Shown: one piece after another, positions 1-8,617 of the stretch | Layout: each line of letters starts with the position of its first letter | Numbering within the stretch: the stretch's first letter is position 1 | Source of the DNA: Promethearchaeota archaeon | GTDB lineage: Archaea; Asgardarchaeota; Lokiarchaeia; Sigyniarchaeales; SOKP01 | Length of the DNA: 31,195 nucleotides | NCBI GenBank assembly: GCA_048938025.1 | Contig: JBHLMP010000046.1 | Location: 1 to 31,195 of the forward strand | Direction of reading: 5' to 3' | Made by a program: the position numbers and the translations under genes | The notes under the pieces: model-generated | Told to the model about the DNA's origin: nothing | The model's database searches: none | What the model saw: only the letters and a program-made list of their open reading frames with translations

Positions 1-615
1 GAGATTGACAATTACTACAAAGAACATGAGATATATGAATCAATTTGTCAAGTATCATTCGGTATCAATCATAAATTTGAAAAAACTCCACATACAATTT
101 TTTACTTCCCAAAAGAAGAAATATCTACAGATCCTAAAACACTAATTGATTACTTAGTAATGCATATACATAGTTACGATCCAAAATTAGCACCTAACGG
201 AAAAACAGTTGTGACATTTACCATAAAAGCTAGTGACTTTGAATTCTGGCAAAACCTTAGAACAAATAATCGCACCAAATATAATGAAGAAAAGGAACGG
301 ATAGCAAATATTGCTTTGGAAATACTTGAAAAGTTTTTTCCTGGAACTCAAGATAAAGTAGAAATACGTGATGTTGCTACTCCTGCTACTTATTATAGAT
401 ATACAAATAATTGGCAAGGAAGCTGGGAAGGATGGATACCTACACCAGTAATAACTAATAAAATGAAACGAAAAATTCCTGGCTTAGAATCATTCTATAT
501 GGTAAGTCAATGGGTTAATCCTGGAGGAGGATTGCCACCAGCACTACTTGCAGGAAGAAATGTTACACAGATTATTTGTCACGAGGATAAAAGGGTATTT
601 ACAACCAAACAATGA
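1..615 (+). CDS. Phytoene desaturase-like FAD-dependent oxidoreductase, C-terminal part (5'-truncated by window)
   Basis: Frame is open from base 1 (EIDNYYKEH...). DVATPATYYRYTNNWQGSWEGW and IPGLESFYMVSQWVNPGGGLPPALLAGR match the C-terminal motifs of the CrtI/COG1233 family. Confidence 0.85.
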   Translation, partial: EIDNYYKEHEIYESICQVSFGINHKFEKTPHTIFYFPKEEISTDPKTLIDYLVMHIHSYDPKLAPNGKTVVTFTIKASDFEFWQNLRTNNRTKYNEEKERIANIALEILEKFFPGTQDKVEIRDVATPATYYRYTNNWQGSWEGWIPTPVITNKMKRKIPGLESFYMVSQWVNPGGGLPPALLAGRNVTQIICHEDKRVFTTKQ

Positions 616-723
616 TTTATCGTTGATTTCATATCTAATTTTCTCAAGATGAAAGGTTACACTTCTTAATAGCTTGAAAACATTAGAAATCCTTAAATAA
701 TTAGTATGAATATAGGATTATGG

Positions 724-745
724 TGTATGGTTTAGGTACCATACA
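724..745. promoter_or_regulatory. Perfect 8-bp inverted repeat (operator or 5' leader hairpin)
   Basis: TGTATGGT-ttaggt-ACCATACA, located about 25 nt downstream of a TATA-like CTTAAATA (692-699) and upstream of an AAGGAGG RBS. Confidence 0.45.
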
Positions 746-785
746 AAATCCAATCCAATATCAAAAATATTAAGGAGGATATAAA

Positions 786-1100
786 ATGATTTTTTTGGCG
801 TATTGGGAACTTAATACAGATTTCGATCCATCAGAATTAGCAGGAGTGGCCCAAACGTTAATAAGTAAAAAATTGTGGCCGGTGGAAGGTACTAAAGAAA
901 TCGCATGGTATGTTAGTGCTACTGATTATTGGGGTATAACCATAGTAGAAGCTGAGAGTGAGGAGCAAATGACAGAAATAGTAGGTATGTGGAGAATAGC
1001 TAAACCTGGTATTTTTAAGTTAGTTAAAGCCACTCCTGCCATGGAAATAGTTAAAGTACTCCCAATACTAATGAAATTGGCAAAGAAAATAAAAGAATAA
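786..1100 (+). CDS. DUF3303-like small ferredoxin-fold protein
   Basis: 104 aa with strong AAGGAGG RBS. The pattern MxFLxxW...EGxKxIxWY...GxxIVEAES resembles the DUF3303/GYD-like family. Confidence 0.6.
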   Translation: MIFLAYWELNTDFDPSELAGVAQTLISKKLWPVEGTKEIAWYVSATDYWGITIVEAESEEQMTEIVGMWRIAKPGIFKLVKATPAMEIVKVLPILMKLAKKIKE

Positions 1101-1130
1101 GAAAAATAATAAAAAAACTTATTTCAAATC

Positions 1131-1144
1131 TTCTTTTTTTTTTT
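1131..1144 (+). terminator. Archaeal oligo-T terminator
   Basis: Run of 11 T (1134-1144) about 35 nt after the stop at 1100. Confidence 0.5.
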
Positions 1145-1164
1145 ATTGATTGTTGTGATAAAAT

Positions 1165-1722
1165 ATGGTGTTTTTATTCTATAGTACTTTTTCCTCTCCA
1201 TTTGATACTTTTACTATTATATGGAAAGAAACTGGCGCTAGTATCCAAATACAACGAATATATCTTAGTGATCCAGATCTCAAATCAGAGTTTAAAGCTC
1301 TGGAATCTTTCAAACAAATTAAGATAGGATCTTCTTCACCAATTGCATTGCTTGGTGAAAAAATTCAAAAGTTTTTAAATGGAGAAATAATAGAATTTAG
1401 CCAAGAATTACTTGATTTTAATCAATGCTTTGAAATTCAAAAGAAGGTACTTTTAGTTGAATATGGGATTCCAAGAGGATGGGTTAGCACCTATAAGCGA
1501 ATAGCCAATAAAGTAGGGAAACCAAACGGAGCAAGAGTAGTTGGAAATGCTTTAGCTAGAAACCCTTTCCCAATCATTATTCCTTGTCATAGAGCAATTA
1601 AAACAAATGGTGATCTCGGAGGTTATCAAGGTGGTATAACTATGAAACGTAAACTGTTACAGTTAGAAGGAATACAGATATCAGAGAGAGGAAAAGTTAT
1701 TACTGATAAAATTCATTATTAA
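1165..1722 (+). CDS. ogt: Methylated-DNA--protein-cysteine methyltransferase
   Basis: Active-site PCHR within ARVVGNALARNPFPIIIPCHRAI, plus IPRGWVSTY and LGGY...KRKLLQLEG. Confidence 0.95.
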   Translation: MVFLFYSTFSSPFDTFTIIWKETGASIQIQRIYLSDPDLKSEFKALESFKQIKIGSSSPIALLGEKIQKFLNGEIIEFSQELLDFNQCFEIQKKVLLVEYGIPRGWVSTYKRIANKVGKPNGARVVGNALARNPFPIIIPCHRAIKTNGDLGGYQGGITMKRKLLQLEGIQISERGKVITDKIHY

Positions 1723-1741
1723 AATCTATTATCAATAAGAA

Positions 1742-1909
1742 TTAAAAATACATTTGTATAATCATAAGGAATGAAATAATAATCATAATTACAATAAATA
1801 TTAAGAGCCATTGAAAAATATTAATCAAACGAAAATTTCTTGTAACTGCTGTTTCTAAGATCTTAATTCTATCTTCTATATCTTTTATATCTTTATCGTC
1901 ATTTTTCAC
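1742..1909 (-). CDS. Small tail-anchored membrane protein, 55 aa (not in ORF track)
   Basis: Translated by hand from GTG at 1909 to TAA at 1742-1744: MKNDDKDIKDIEDRIKILETAVTRNFRLINIFQWLLIFIVIMIIISFLMIIQMYF. A GAGGA RBS-like element lies upstream; the product is a charged heptad helix plus one C-terminal TM. Confidence 0.6.
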   Translation of the reverse strand: MKNDDKDIKDIEDRIKILETAVTRNFRLINIFQWLLIFIVIMIIISFLMIIQMYF

Positions 1910-2086
1910 TTTTATTCATCCTCTTTATAATAAATCTTTTATATTAATCAATTAAATTTTATATCTTATCAATTATAAATTTAGGTTAAAAATCTCCAGA
2001 ATGGAAGTTTCTACTATTTGGAAAAAAATATGATTATCACGATTAGTTTATTCTTAAGGAAATAAATAGATGAAAAAATCTAATAA

Positions 2087-2106
2087 AAAATTGATTGGTC
2101 AATTTT
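2087..2106. promoter_or_regulatory. Inverted-repeat operator candidate overlapping a TATA-like element
   Basis: AAAATTGA-ttgg-TCAATTTT is a perfect 8-bp IR overlapping TTTTAAAA (2103-2110), about 55 nt upstream of the start at 2161. Confidence 0.45.
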
Positions 2107-2160
2107 AAAAGTTTTGAATTAACTCTATATATTATAAAAATTATTTAGAGAGTTATTAAA

Positions 2161-3192
2161 ATGATTGAAACAAATATCACCAAGATGTTTGGATTAAAAC
2201 ATCCAATTTTTAGTGCACCAATGGGACCATTTTTCACGCGTGAATTGGCACTTGCCGTCAGCGAAGCGGGCGGTTTGGGTGTTTTATCAAATGTTAATAT
2301 AGTTGGGACGGATCCAGTAGAAGAGCATAAAGCAAGCTTAGAATATATGGTTGAACATACAGATAAACCTTTTGGTCTAAACATTCTTACTTCTCGTAAT
2401 AATAGGGGTGTTAAACAAATGGTTAGGCAATTACCACAGATAGTTATGAAAAACCCCAAAATGAGAGATCAGTGTAAATATTGGCTTACTTCAGCTGGTT
2501 CATCAAAAATATTACCTAGTTCAAAATATTTCCAAGAATTAAGGGAAAATTCGGAAGTAAAGCACTTCCATGTAGCTCCTGCTGTATGGTTAGCACAGAA
2601 ATGCATAGATTCTGGAGTAGACGGAATAGTAGTTACTGGTACTGAAGGAGGTGGTCACCAATCTTATGAAAGAGTTACAACACTTGTTTTACTCCAACAA
2701 ATTAATAATGCATTTCCTGATTTACCCAAGATCGCATGTGGAGGATTCGCTACAGGAGAGGCATTAGCAGCAGCCTTATCATTAGGTGCAGGTGCGATTG
2801 CCATGGGTTCACGATTTATTGCTTCAAAACAAAGTGAGTTCCATGAGAAGTATAAAGCATTAATACCACCAGGCAAACCTCAAGATACAGGGCTTTATAC
2901 AGGCGCATTTGGACCAATTCGTCTTTACAAGAATAAATATGCATTAGAACATCCTGCTCCTTCTTCTAAAGAAGAAATGATAGCTTATGAAGAATCTATT
3001 ACTCCAGAACAAAGAGTACACGATTTAGGAGCATATGATAGAGTATATAATGGAGATATTGATACAGGGGCTGTCTTACTTGGACAGTCAATTGGGATTA
3101 TTAATAGTATTGAGGATGTCAATGATATTATTGAAAAAATAATTAAAGATGCCGAAGTCGTTATAAAAAATAACTATTCAATGATAAGTTAA
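2161..3192 (+). CDS. Nitronate monooxygenase / FabK-like FMN-dependent enoyl reductase family protein
   Basis: Motifs HPIFSAPMG, ELALAVSEAGGLG, GTEGGGH (catalytic His), IACGGF, ALSLGAGAIAMGSRF and GQSIGII. Confidence 0.9.
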   Translation: MIETNITKMFGLKHPIFSAPMGPFFTRELALAVSEAGGLGVLSNVNIVGTDPVEEHKASLEYMVEHTDKPFGLNILTSRNNRGVKQMVRQLPQIVMKNPKMRDQCKYWLTSAGSSKILPSSKYFQELRENSEVKHFHVAPAVWLAQKCIDSGVDGIVVTGTEGGGHQSYERVTTLVLLQQINNAFPDLPKIACGGFATGEALAAALSLGAGAIAMGSRFIASKQSEFHEKYKALIPPGKPQDTGLYTGAFGPIRLYKNKYALEHPAPSSKEEMIAYEESITPEQRVHDLGAYDRVYNGDIDTGAVLLGQSIGIINSIEDVNDIIEKIIKDAEVVIKNNYSMIS

Positions 3193-3238
3193 TAAAAAAT
3201 CATAATACAAAATAAATGGGAAAAGTGATTCAATAAAT

Positions 3239-3934
3239 TTGGAAAAGTCAAAAAAGATTGGGATCTTGGGTGGAATGTCCTATGAATCCACTATTAAATA
3301 TTATGATTTAATTCTTCAGAAATATTATGAGAAATATAATGATTATAATTATCCTGAAGTAATTATTTTCAGTTTGAATTTCCAGAAATTAATTGATTAT
3401 GAACTAGGTGTTGAGAGGATTAAATATATAGACTATCTTATGACTGGGATTAAATCATTAGAAAATGCTGGATCAAGTTTTATAATCATGGCAGCAAATT
3501 CACCACATGTTGTATATAATGATTTGGAGAAATTATCTAAAATTCCCATTTTAAGTATTGTAAAAGCTACAATGGATAAAGCAAAACAATTAAACATGAA
3601 GAAATTACTACTTTTGGGTATAAAATTTACCATGCAATCCACATTCTATCAAAATTATGGTAAAAATTTAGGCTTAAAAGTGATAACGCCTTCAAATGAA
3701 GAACAAGATGAAATTGATAAGATTATTTTTGATGAGTTAGTGATTGGTTTTTTTAAACAGGAATCCAAGAGGAATTTACTTCGTATAATTAATAATTATA
3801 AAGTAGACGGAGTAATTTTAGGTTGTACTGAATTACCTCTAATCTTAAATCAAAAAGACACAAAAGCAAAGTTGCTTGATACTGTAGAACTTCATACAGA
3901 CGCAGCCTTAAAATATTATTTATCATTGAAATAG
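3239..3934 (+). CDS. Aspartate/glutamate racemase family protein (YgeA/RacX-like)
   Basis: KIGILGGMSYEST and VILGCTELP are present. The first catalytic motif reads AANSPH. TTG start. Confidence 0.9.
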   Translation: MEKSKKIGILGGMSYESTIKYYDLILQKYYEKYNDYNYPEVIIFSLNFQKLIDYELGVERIKYIDYLMTGIKSLENAGSSFIIMAANSPHVVYNDLEKLSKIPILSIVKATMDKAKQLNMKKLLLLGIKFTMQSTFYQNYGKNLGLKVITPSNEEQDEIDKIIFDELVIGFFKQESKRNLLRIINNYKVDGVILGCTELPLILNQKDTKAKLLDTVELHTDAALKYYLSLK

Positions 3935-3994
3935 TAGTTTGTAACTTTTTTTAACTTTCAAATGCTATTTATAATAATTAAGATTAAGTGGTAA

Positions 3995-6271
3995 TTGCTT
4001 ATCGGACGATTTAAACTAACAACAGTAAAATTCAAAGATCTTGCTCCAATTGCATTAGTAATGTTATTGCTATTCGTCTCAATAGCATGTGCTAATATGC
4101 TTATTCCTAGTTACGCTGCAATTAGACAAGAATTTAATATTCCAGAAGCATTGATTGCAATACCAGATGCCTTTTTTATACTAATAAGTGCCATTTTTGC
4201 TTTATTATGGGGTTATTGGGCAGATAAAATTGATAGAGAAAAAGTTTTATTGGCGGGAGCATTTTCATGGACACTTGGAATGCTTCTAACAGCGTTCTCT
4301 AATTCATATTTAATGTTAATCATATCAAGAGTATCAAGTGGAGCAGGATTAGGATGTGTTTTGCCAGTTGGTTATTCAATTATTTCAGACGCAATTCCAG
4401 CTGAAGAAAGATCTGGGTGGTTTGGAACTCTTGCAATTTTAAGTTCAATATCCAATGGTGCTGGTCAGGGATTATCTTCGTTTTTAGGCCCAATTTTCAC
4501 TTGGAGATTTCCATTTATCTTACTTTCAGGGATAAGTGTGGTAGTTATTCTTATACTCTTCTTGGTCAAGATCCCTCAACGTGGTGCAAGTGAGGATGAG
4601 CTTTTAGATTTAATAGAATTAAATTTAGAATACAGCTATCGAATTTCTAAAGAGGATTTAGCAGCTATTGTAAGGAAAAAAACCAATTTTTACTTAATAA
4701 TTCAGGGATTCTTCTCTATCATACCCGGTACGGTTTTGGTATATTTCACCACATCAATGTTAACACTTCAATATTTTAATGATATACCATCAGAAATACG
4801 GCTTCAAACTGCTGCAATTTTCGCAGGTATGATTGGTATAGGATATCTTGTGGGTAATGCTGTTTTTGCTCGTTTAGGAGATGTATTATTTCGGCGAAAT
4901 AAAAAAAATAGGGCTAGATTGGGAACTATTTGCATGATACTTTCAATTCCTTTTGCTATTATATTACTTATATCATTACAACCAATTAATGTAAATAAAT
5001 TCACTTCTTTTGATTATCCTGCTACAATTCCCCCGGAGAAGATTTGGCATTATATTTTTCTAACAGTTGGTGAAATTTTTGTAGTCTATCCCACATATAT
5101 TATAGTTTTTATTTTTGCATTAATGGCTTCAATGTTAGGCGCAGGACCTGTTGCTAATCGAAATGCAGTTATGATTGACGTTAATATGCCAGAACATAAA
5201 GGTACTGCAGCTTCATTTTTTAAACTTTCTGAACAAATTAGTAAAGGTGTGACGCTTTTACTATCATTTACCCTTATTACATTACTAGGGAGTATCTTTA
5301 ATATGATCTTTATTACTATCTTTTTTTGGATTCCAGCAGCAATTTTATGGTTTTTTGCCAGTAGAAATGTAGAAAAAGACATGAATCAAAAAGCTATGAT
5401 TCTTTCTGAAAGAAAGCAAATCAGTTTAATTGATTATATCTTTGAATTAGAAATCCAAATAGACAGAGCAATTCAGAAAGTACAAGATTCAAAATATTAT
5501 ATATTCACAGATAATAAAAAATTTAATCAACTATTAAGAGATGCAATTATTATATTTAAGTTCTGTGAGCGAGAAGGAGACTCCCGTAGTATTACCAATA
5601 TTGAACAAAAAGCTCATATAATGAAATTAAGAACTTTATTATTCTTACAAGAGACAAATAAAATATACAGACAATTAAATGAAGAAGATTTATCCCCTTC
5701 AGAAAAAGACCAACTACAAGAAGATTTAAAACAAATATATATAAGAATTAGTGACGGAGAAAAAAGTACATATGGAATGATTCAAACCTATTATGAAGAT
5801 GCCTATCTTAAAATTCTTGAAGCAAGACTATATCGTAAGAACCATTTAATAAGAGGATTAGGTAAGATTTTAGAAGCAATAAGTATCTATGAAAGAGTTA
5901 AATATTTATTAAACGAAAGGATTGAAGCAGTAAAAGAAAAAAATGATTTGTCAGAAGAGGATTCCTTAGTTTTACAAAAAGAACAGGAATTATTAGATAA
6001 ATGTTTAAAATCTCTTAGAGCTACTATCAAATTAAAGGAAGAAGTTGAAAATGCATTTAACCAGCTTAGAGTAAAAGGCATTGATAAGATAAATTTATTA
6101 AAGATTTCTGAACTAACTCAGGAATTTAATGTGGATCTCTATGATGTGATTGTTGATACGTTTAGAAATGATAATAAAACTAGAAATGCTTTAATTGAAG
6201 CTCTAAACAATATCGATAAAATATTCATTGATTACGATAAATGGAGAGAAGTTGATCTTAAAGTATTCTAA
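3995..6271 (+). CDS. MFS transporter (spinster-like) with a ~300-aa C-terminal helical extension
   Basis: About 12 TM segments in the first ~460 aa, with motif A WGYWADKIDR, ISDAIPAEERS and LGDVLFRR. The remainder is hydrophilic and helical. Confidence 0.85.
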   Translation: MLIGRFKLTTVKFKDLAPIALVMLLLFVSIACANMLIPSYAAIRQEFNIPEALIAIPDAFFILISAIFALLWGYWADKIDREKVLLAGAFSWTLGMLLTAFSNSYLMLIISRVSSGAGLGCVLPVGYSIISDAIPAEERSGWFGTLAILSSISNGAGQGLSSFLGPIFTWRFPFILLSGISVVVILILFLVKIPQRGASEDELLDLIELNLEYSYRISKEDLAAIVRKKTNFYLIIQGFFSIIPGTVLVYFTTSMLTLQYFNDIPSEIRLQTAAIFAGMIGIGYLVGNAVFARLGDVLFRRNKKNRARLGTICMILSIPFAIILLISLQPINVNKFTSFDYPATIPPEKIWHYIFLTVGEIFVVYPTYIIVFIFALMASMLGAGPVANRNAVMIDVNMPEHKGTAASFFKLSEQISKGVTLLLSFTLITLLGSIFNMIFITIFFWIPAAILWFFASRNVEKDMNQKAMILSERKQISLIDYIFELEIQIDRAIQKVQDSKYYIFTDNKKFNQLLRDAIIIFKFCEREGDSRSITNIEQKAHIMKLRTLLFLQETNKIYRQLNEEDLSPSEKDQLQEDLKQIYIRISDGEKSTYGMIQTYYEDAYLKILEARLYRKNHLIRGLGKILEAISIYERVKYLLNERIEAVKEKNDLSEEDSLVLQKEQELLDKCLKSLRATIKLKEEVENAFNQLRVKGIDKINLLKISELTQEFNVDLYDVIVDTFRNDNKTRNALIEALNNIDKIFIDYDKWREVDLKVF

Positions 6272-6292
6272 CACTATTAAATTCTCCTATTT

Positions 6293-6559
6293 TTAGTTAT
6301 TAAACTCACTTTTTAATAAGGTATGCACAGTATTTTTTTCTTTCCTTGAAAGCTGATGGATTATTTTTCCTTTATTATTATAATTATCTGGACAACCAAG
6401 ATCAAAGCATAAGTTAATTACTAACAAGAGACAATCTCTAATTTTTAAAATATTTGACGAATTTTCCTTGAGATCCCTCATTAATTTAATTAAAATAAAA
6501 TATTTTGTAGCCTCATTATTATCATAGATTTCCAAAATCTTCTTGATACAGTCTGCCAT
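6293..6559 (-). CDS. Hypothetical protein, 88 aa
   Basis: ATG start with a GGGGTT RBS-like element and an upstream TATA box (TTATATAAAT on the minus strand, 6631-6640). No family recognised. Confidence 0.65.
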   Translation of the reverse strand: MADCIKKILEIYDNNEATKYFILIKLMRDLKENSSNILKIRDCLLLVINLCFDLGCPDNYNNKGKIIHQLSRKEKNTVHTLLKSEFNN

Positions 6560-6655
6560 TTTTAACTATACTTAACCCCTTGAATAAAATAACTTATAGA
6601 GAGATCTCAATGACTTACATGATGAAATACATTTATATAAGTATCTATTTTCTTT

Positions 6656-6706
6656 TTTCTCCTATGAGAAATGGAGTTTTTCTCTTTTTTCCTATGAAAA
6701 AGAGAA
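6656..6706. repeat. Two tandem imperfect palindromes with identical CCTATG cores 30 bp apart
   Basis: TTTCTC-ctat-GAGAAA (6656-6671) and TTCTCTTTTTTC-ctat-GAAAAAGAGAA (6680-6706); the cores start at 6661 and 6691. Confidence 0.6.
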
Positions 6707-6791
6707 TTAAAAATTAAATTATATAAATAGTACCAAACGTTCATAGATTTAATTTAAAAGGATACTCTTTTTATCCCAGATAAGATAATTA

Positions 6792-7340
6792 TTAAACTTC
6801 GATACTTTGCACAAATTGTTCTATTTCTTGTTCTAAATCTATGAGATCTTTAATTGAGATAATATCAGAACTAGCAAGTTTATTTAAAAATTCTTTTAAA
6901 AGCTTCTCCTTAGTCTTATCTGTAGGAAATAGCAAACTGGACTTATAATGCTCCCAATCAAGAATATTGGTGAACACCAAAAATAAAATCTCGATGTGGC
7001 TATACTCAACCAAGCTTTTTAACTTTTCTTTAGTTATTAAAATTTTAGTATGATCCTTATAAAAATCAGATAAATCATCATAATAATTTGTGAGTCGGGC
7101 AATATTATCGAGCTGAGTACGTAATGCTGCTTGATTTATAGGACTTTCTTCGTCCCTATACATTATTTCAAAGTACTTCATAATAAAATCTTTTAATTTT
7201 TGTAGTTTAGTTTGGAAGACACGAGTTTTAACGATTCGCTCGAACATCGGACTCTCTTTATCTTTATAGAAATTCAATTCAAACTTCAATATTGATAATA
7301 TGTCAAAGAATAACTCCCGGATATCAATATTTTCAGCCAA
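6792..7340 (-). CDS. Hypothetical all-helical protein, 182 aa
   Basis: Long ORF with TTG start preceded by GGGGGTT and protein-like composition. No family recognised. Confidence 0.75.
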   Translation of the reverse strand: MAENIDIRELFFDILSILKFELNFYKDKESPMFERIVKTRVFQTKLQKLKDFIMKYFEIMYRDEESPINQAALRTQLDNIARLTNYYDDLSDFYKDHTKILITKEKLKSLVEYSHIEILFLVFTNILDWEHYKSSLLFPTDKTKEKLLKEFLNKLASSDIISIKDLIDLEQEIEQFVQSIEV

Positions 7341-7481
7341 TTATGAACCCCCTTTTTTTCTATTATACCTTGTTAAATTACAAATATAAAAATCTACTAT
7401 TTATAGAATTCTATATTAATTAAAATATTTTTATTTTTTCTTTAATCAAAATTTTTTTATGAAGTCTTATCATATATTTTT

Positions 7482-8486
7482 TTAGAAATTTAACGGAAAA
7501 GTTCGTTCATCTACTATAGGTTTAAAATGCTTAGGAGCAGTTCGAAAATGTTCTTTTCTTCTTACTGTCTTTTTGAATAATATTGCTTTTGTGTGAATTT
7601 TCACAATTCTAATAGGACATTTGATCATAAAGCTTAGTGCCTTACGAGGAGACCTCCTCAATAGAAGAAATTCAGAAAAAAATTTTTTTGCTCTTTTTTG
7701 GTGCCTTGGTTTTTCGAAAGAGATAAAACGTTCAGTAATCTTATCAAGACTTTTTGAATCTCTAAAACAATAAAAGTTTGAAGCTCTTAATGACCATTTA
7801 ATCGCTTCTAATTGATATTTTGTAGGATCAAGATTTTTAAAGAGTGATATCCCCATAGAAAAAATAGATATCATTATATTCATAATTGTACTTCTAATCA
7901 TTTCTAAAAAAGTAATATGGATTTTTGGACTAATCTTATTTCGTAAATCTTCTCCATATAAAATAGTACTATTTAAAATTACATTACCTAAAACAATGTT
8001 GCGAGGAGCAAAAATGCTTGAAAATACTTTATTTACTCGAAAGATTTTATGAAAAACTACATGTTCCCAATATCTTCTTTTAGTTAAAAAGTGACTCATG
8101 AACATTCCTGTTGTTTGCTGAATTACTCCCAAAATTTTATTTATGAGCTTTGAATCATACTCCCTAAAATTATGTTTAATTTCTAAGAACATAAAGTATC
8201 TTTCAATTTCTTTAATATGTCTATTAGAAACTCTATCTTTAAAAATAAGGAGTAAATCGCAATCTGAAATTTTTGTTTTATCTTTCTCTTTTGATCTCTG
8301 GCTTCCAAATAATACAATTGACAAAATCTTATTAATTCCAATCTCCTTGTTAACCAGAGTTATGATATCCTTAATATAATTACGGGATTGTAAGTTTACC
8401 TTCTTTAAATTATCAGAAATTTTGTTTTTTATCTTATTATTAATTTCTATTAGGGTATGATCCTCAGAGAAAACGTCATTCGCCAT
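7482..8486 (-). CDS. Pol-beta superfamily nucleotidyltransferase-domain protein
   Basis: SIVLFGS...SDCDLLLIF matches the hG[GS]x(n)DxD signature; the C-terminal region is basic and helical. Confidence 0.8.
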   Translation of the reverse strand: MANDVFSEDHTLIEINNKIKNKISDNLKKVNLQSRNYIKDIITLVNKEIGINKILSIVLFGSQRSKEKDKTKISDCDLLLIFKDRVSNRHIKEIERYFMFLEIKHNFREYDSKLINKILGVIQQTTGMFMSHFLTKRRYWEHVVFHKIFRVNKVFSSIFAPRNIVLGNVILNSTILYGEDLRNKISPKIHITFLEMIRSTIMNIMISIFSMGISLFKNLDPTKYQLEAIKWSLRASNFYCFRDSKSLDKITERFISFEKPRHQKRAKKFFSEFLLLRRSPRKALSFMIKCPIRIVKIHTKAILFKKTVRRKEHFRTAPKHFKPIVDERTFPLNF

Positions 8487-8617
8487 TTTGAAAGGACTTA
8501 AAAATTAGATTTGTATTTTTTTGATTTAATTCTATAATTAATTTATTTTATTAAAAACTTGTTTAAAAAAAATTAGTATCTAATTTTTCAAAACTGGTAA
8601 CTATATTTATAGAATAT

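Noticed and set aside
6656-6706. Mini-CRISPR interpretation of the repeated palindromes
   Set aside because: Only two imperfect units with a 30-bp period, no spacer-length gap and no cas genes.
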